A stretch of DNA of 57,128 nucleotides from Candidatus Sericytochromatia bacterium. Its GTDB lineage: Bacteria > Cyanobacteriota > Sericytochromatia > S15B-MN24 > VGJW01. Shown one piece after another: positions 54,066 to 57,128 of this stretch. Location of the stretch: contig JAYKHS010000012.1 of assembly GCA_035285865.1 (NCBI GenBank), forward strand, positions 1 through 57,128. The letters run 5' to 3'. The first letter of the stretch is position 1, and each line of letters opens with the position of its first letter. The translations under genes and the position numbers were made by a program. Under the pieces are notes generated by a model, which saw only the letters and a list, made by a program, of their open reading frames with translations, ran no database searches and was not told the origin of the DNA.

Positions 54066-57000
54066 ATGCAGCCAGACGCACAGACCCATTACCAGGAAGG
54101 CCTGGCCCATCGCGACCGGGGCTACCATCAGGCGGCCTGCCTCGCTTTCGAGCGCGCCCTGAAGGCCGATCCGGCCGCGGACGACGCGCGCATGGCATTG
54201 GCCTCGACGCTTCATCTCGCCGGCGATGCGGCTGCCGCAGCCGAACAGTACGGTCACCTCACCGCCCGTCGCCCTGACGATGCCAAGTTGGCCTACAACC
54301 ACGGGGTCTCCCTCGCCGCTGCGCACCGCCTCGCCGAGGCCGAACAGGCCTTCGAGCGGGCGCTCAGGCTGGATCCTGTCCTCGCGCCGGCGCTCGAGAG
54401 TCTCTTGTGGGTCCATCACCAGACCGGCCAGAAGCAGGCTGCGCTCGGCGTCCTTCATCGCCTTGTCGTGGCGCGTCCTGAACAGGAAGAGGGTTGGTTC
54501 CAGCTGGCGAGGGCCTACCGCGAGAGCGGCGATGCGGAGCGGGCGCTTGCCACCATTGAAGGCCTGGTGCGCCGGAGGCCGGACCTGCTGCCGGCGAGAC
54601 TGCTTCGGGCCGAGTGGCTGCTGGAGCGTGACCCGGAAGAGGCGTGGGCCGAACTGGAGCGTGTCCGTTCCGTCGATCCCGAATTCCTGGGCGTCCAGGG
54701 GCTGGTCGAGCGGTTGGTCGAGCAGGGGGCGGCCCGCTCGGCTCTTGACGGCGATCTGGCAGGCGAGGCGCGCTGGCTGGAGCGGCTCGTGCCCTACCGC
54801 GCCCGCGATGCCGTCTACCTCGGGCGTCTCGTGGAGGCGGCCGCGCACGCCGGGGACCGCAAGGCCGAGGTGCGTTGGCTCGAGGCGCTTGCGGAGCTGC
54901 GTCCGGACGACGCACCCCTGCAGCAGCGCCTTGCCGATCTCTGCGTCCTGATGGATCTGGTGCCTCGTGCCCTGCCCTACCTCGAGCGTTGTGCCGCAGC
55001 ACGGCCTGATGATGCCGATGCCGCATTGGCCCTGGCCCGGGCAAGGGTGCGCATGGGGCGCCGACTGGAAGCCATAGAGGGTCTCGAGGCCTTCCTCGCG
55101 CGTCAGCCACGGCGCAAGGAAGTCCTGTTTCTGCTTGCCGAGCTCTGCATCGAGGAGGGGCGTCTGGATCGTGCCGAGGCCCTCGCGCGACAGGGGCTCG
55201 CCATCCGTGAGGCTGCCCTTGAAGCAGAACTCATGCTCGTTCGCGTCCATCAGGCCGGCGGCCGTAACGAGGACGCGTGGCAGGCCCTGCAGGCCGTGGC
55301 CGATCACTACCCGGATGCGCCCGAGGTCCGTACGGAGGGTGCTGCGCTCTGCCGCCGATTCGCCCTGCATCCGCCCGAGGGCGGCGACGCCGATGCGGCG
55401 GCGCTGCTCTGGTGGGAACGGTTCCTGGTCTTCCAACCCGATGACGTCCAGGTGCTCGAATTGCTGGCGGGCCTCTACACCCGACGCGGAGCGACGGTCG
55501 AAGCCCAGCGGGTGCTGGAGCGCCTCGTCGTGCTGGCACCGGCGCTTCGGCATTGGTTGGAGCTCGGGACCGTGCAACTCGGTCGCGGACAGGCCGAGGC
55601 CGCACGCCGCAGCCTGGAGCAGGCCCTGGCCGTGGAAGTGCGCCCGGAGGACGCCCTGCTGCGCGCCCAGGCAGCCTTGCAGTTGGCGACGGTCCTGCTT
55701 GACCTTGGCCATCCGCATGATGCGTTGACCATCCTCGAAGCTCATGAGGCAGCCCATGCCGATGCGGCGCTGGCCCGCACGCTGACGGCCCGTGCCCATC
55801 AGGGGCTCTCCGACGAGGCGTCCCGCAAGGGTGACCTCCTCGCCGTCGCCGATCATCTCGAGCGGGTCGTGGCCCTGACGGGCGAGCGGTCGGCCCTGCG
55901 CAGCCTCGCAGCCGCCAGATCGCGTGCCGGAGACCGTCTGGGTGCCGAGGAGGCGTGGCAACGCATCCTCGTGCAGCAGCCCGAAGACCACGAGGCACTC
56001 GGCGCGCTCGGTGATCTGGCCGCCACGGGCGGACGGACGGTCGAGGCGGAGCGGTACTACCGTCAGGTGCTTGCCCTCGAGCCTGACGACGTCACCACGC
56101 TGGGGGCCCTCGCCGATCTGGTCTGGGGTGTCGGGCGCAGGCAGGAGGCCTACCAACTTTACGAGCGCCTCATGGAGCTCGATGCCGATCACGTGCCGGC
56201 CGTACTCGGCTTTGCACGCGATGCCGTGATGTCCGGCCAGCCCCTCGAGGCGTGGGAGTACGCGCGGCGGGTGCTGGCTCGGGATCCGGCCCGCCGCGAG
56301 GCCCACGAGATCGCTTGCACGGCCTTGCGCCGGCTGGCCTCGGAGCAGGAACCCGAAGCCGCGATCGTGTGGTGGCAGCGCCTTGTCGTCCTCGAGCCCG
56401 AAGATCCGTCCGTGCGACGGGGCCTCTGGGAAGCCTATGCCCGGATCGGAGCGCAGTCCGAGGCCGTCGAGGCCGCGACCGCCTGGCTCGCGCTGGATCC
56501 CGGCGCCGGAGAGGCCGCGCTCTTCCTCGCCGAACGCTTCCGGCGCTCGGGCGACCTTGCCACGGCGCGCGAGCGTCTTGCGGCTGCCGTGGGCGGGGGC
56601 GATCATCGCGTCTCCGTCGCGCTGGGCCTGATTGATCTGGAGCTCGGTGCAGTGCCTGCGGCACGCGAACGTCTCGAGGCCCTGTACCGCGAGCTTCCCG
56701 AAGAGGATGCCGTGCGCCTCGCGCTGGTTCGCGCACGCATCCTTGCCGGGGACGGTGCGGCGGCGTGGCAGTTGTTGGAGGCGGATCGCGACGAGGACGG
56801 CGAGGCGCGTGCGCTGGCGCTCGATGCCGCGGTGGCGGCGGCCGAATCCGCACAGTCGGTCGGTGACGCGGTCGGTGCGCTCGATTGGTGGCGCAAGGCC
56901 CAGCGTCTGGCTCCCGACGACGTGGCGCTGCAACGCCGTCTGATGCAGTTCCATCGTTCGGCCGGACAGTTGGAAGACGCCGCGCAGGCGGCGCGTGCCC

Positions 57001-57128
57001 TGCTGGTCGCGCAGCCCGGGGATGTCGAGGCTGCCCTGTACCTCGGCAAGTATCTGGCCTCTCGTGGCCAGCACGACGAAGCGCTGAACATCCTGTCTCC
57101 CGTCGCCCATGAGCCATCGGCAGCGTGG
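54066..57128 (+). CDS. Large TPR-repeat protein (runs off the right edge)
   Basis: Manually translated; absent from the ORF track because it has no stop. GGAG SD, MQPDAQTHYQEGLAHRDRG...AFERALKADP...LAYNHGVSLAAAHRLAEAEQAFERALRLDP, with repeated TPR-like units throughout. Confidence 0.88.
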   Translation, partial: MQPDAQTHYQEGLAHRDRGYHQAACLAFERALKADPAADDARMALASTLHLAGDAAAAAEQYGHLTARRPDDAKLAYNHGVSLAAAHRLAEAEQAFERALRLDPVLAPALESLLWVHHQTGQKQAALGVLHRLVVARPEQEEGWFQLARAYRESGDAERALATIEGLVRRRPDLLPARLLRAEWLLERDPEEAWAELERVRSVDPEFLGVQGLVERLVEQGAARSALDGDLAGEARWLERLVPYRARDAVYLGRLVEAAAHAGDRKAEVRWLEALAELRPDDAPLQQRLADLCVLMDLVPRALPYLERCAAARPDDADAALALARARVRMGRRLEAIEGLEAFLARQPRRKEVLFLLAELCIEEGRLDRAEALARQGLAIREAALEAELMLVRVHQAGGRNEDAWQALQAVADHYPDAPEVRTEGAALCRRFALHPPEGGDADAAALLWWERFLVFQPDDVQVLELLAGLYTRRGATVEAQRVLERLVVLAPALRHWLELGTVQLGRGQAEAARRSLEQALAVEVRPEDALLRAQAALQLATVLLDLGHPHDALTILEAHEAAHADAALARTLTARAHQGLSDEASRKGDLLAVADHLERVVALTGERSALRSLAAARSRAGDRLGAEEAWQRILVQQPEDHEALGALGDLAATGGRTVEAERYYRQVLALEPDDVTTLGALADLVWGVGRRQEAYQLYERLMELDADHVPAVLGFARDAVMSGQPLEAWEYARRVLARDPARREAHEIACTALRRLASEQEPEAAIVWWQRLVVLEPEDPSVRRGLWEAYARIGAQSEAVEAATAWLALDPGAGEAALFLAERFRRSGDLATARERLAAAVGGGDHRVSVALGLIDLELGAVPAARERLEALYRELPEEDAVRLALVRARILAGDGAAAWQLLEADRDEDGEARALALDAAVAAAESAQSVGDAVGALDWWRKAQRLAPDDVALQRRLMQFHRSAGQLEDAAQAARALLVAQPGDVEAALYLGKYLASRGQHDEALNILSPVAHEPSAAW

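Noticed and set aside
53850..57110. 1086-aa minus-strand ORF
   Set aside because: Antisense shadow of the plus-strand TPR gene starting at 54066; no motifs, and such shadows are expected at high GC.

Overview
A GC-rich bacterial chromosome segment from a diderm organism (lipid A acyltransferase, Omp85-type protein, many lipoproteins). Positions 1-12.05 kb form a defence island: a Type I R-M operon (hsdM fused to an Xre HTH, hsdS, and hsdR running off the left edge), a small Cys/His-rich orphan, an HNH nuclease translationally coupled to a 644-aa orphan, and three tandem Rpn-like PD-(D/E)xK/DUF4351-like genes at exactly 1031-bp period. Each Rpn-like copy has a conserved internal GGAGGT Shine-Dalgarno plus in-frame ATG just before a variable C-terminal domain, the layout of gene-within-gene toxin/antitoxin antiphage modules, and the three copies are mosaics of one another. 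The rest is core or accessory metabolism rich in peptidases (M20, TldD/TldE, M61, S8, M14, an HExxH-propeller-Omp85 protein), plus SNF2, ROK kinase, ettA, rlmD, a STAS/PP2C partner-switching pair, tRNA-Sec and tRNA-Asp, an acyl-CoA dehydrogenase-meaB-icmF-B12-subunit cluster, a degenerate DnaB-like gene, an extended LpxL-like gene and a long TPR gene running off the right edge. Non-coding signals include 11-bp-period TTAA boxes upstream of three exported-protein genes, a SigB/SigF-like promoter, a candidate structured RNA, and an AT-rich synonymous patch inside icmF. All assignments come from reading motifs by eye; no searches were run.
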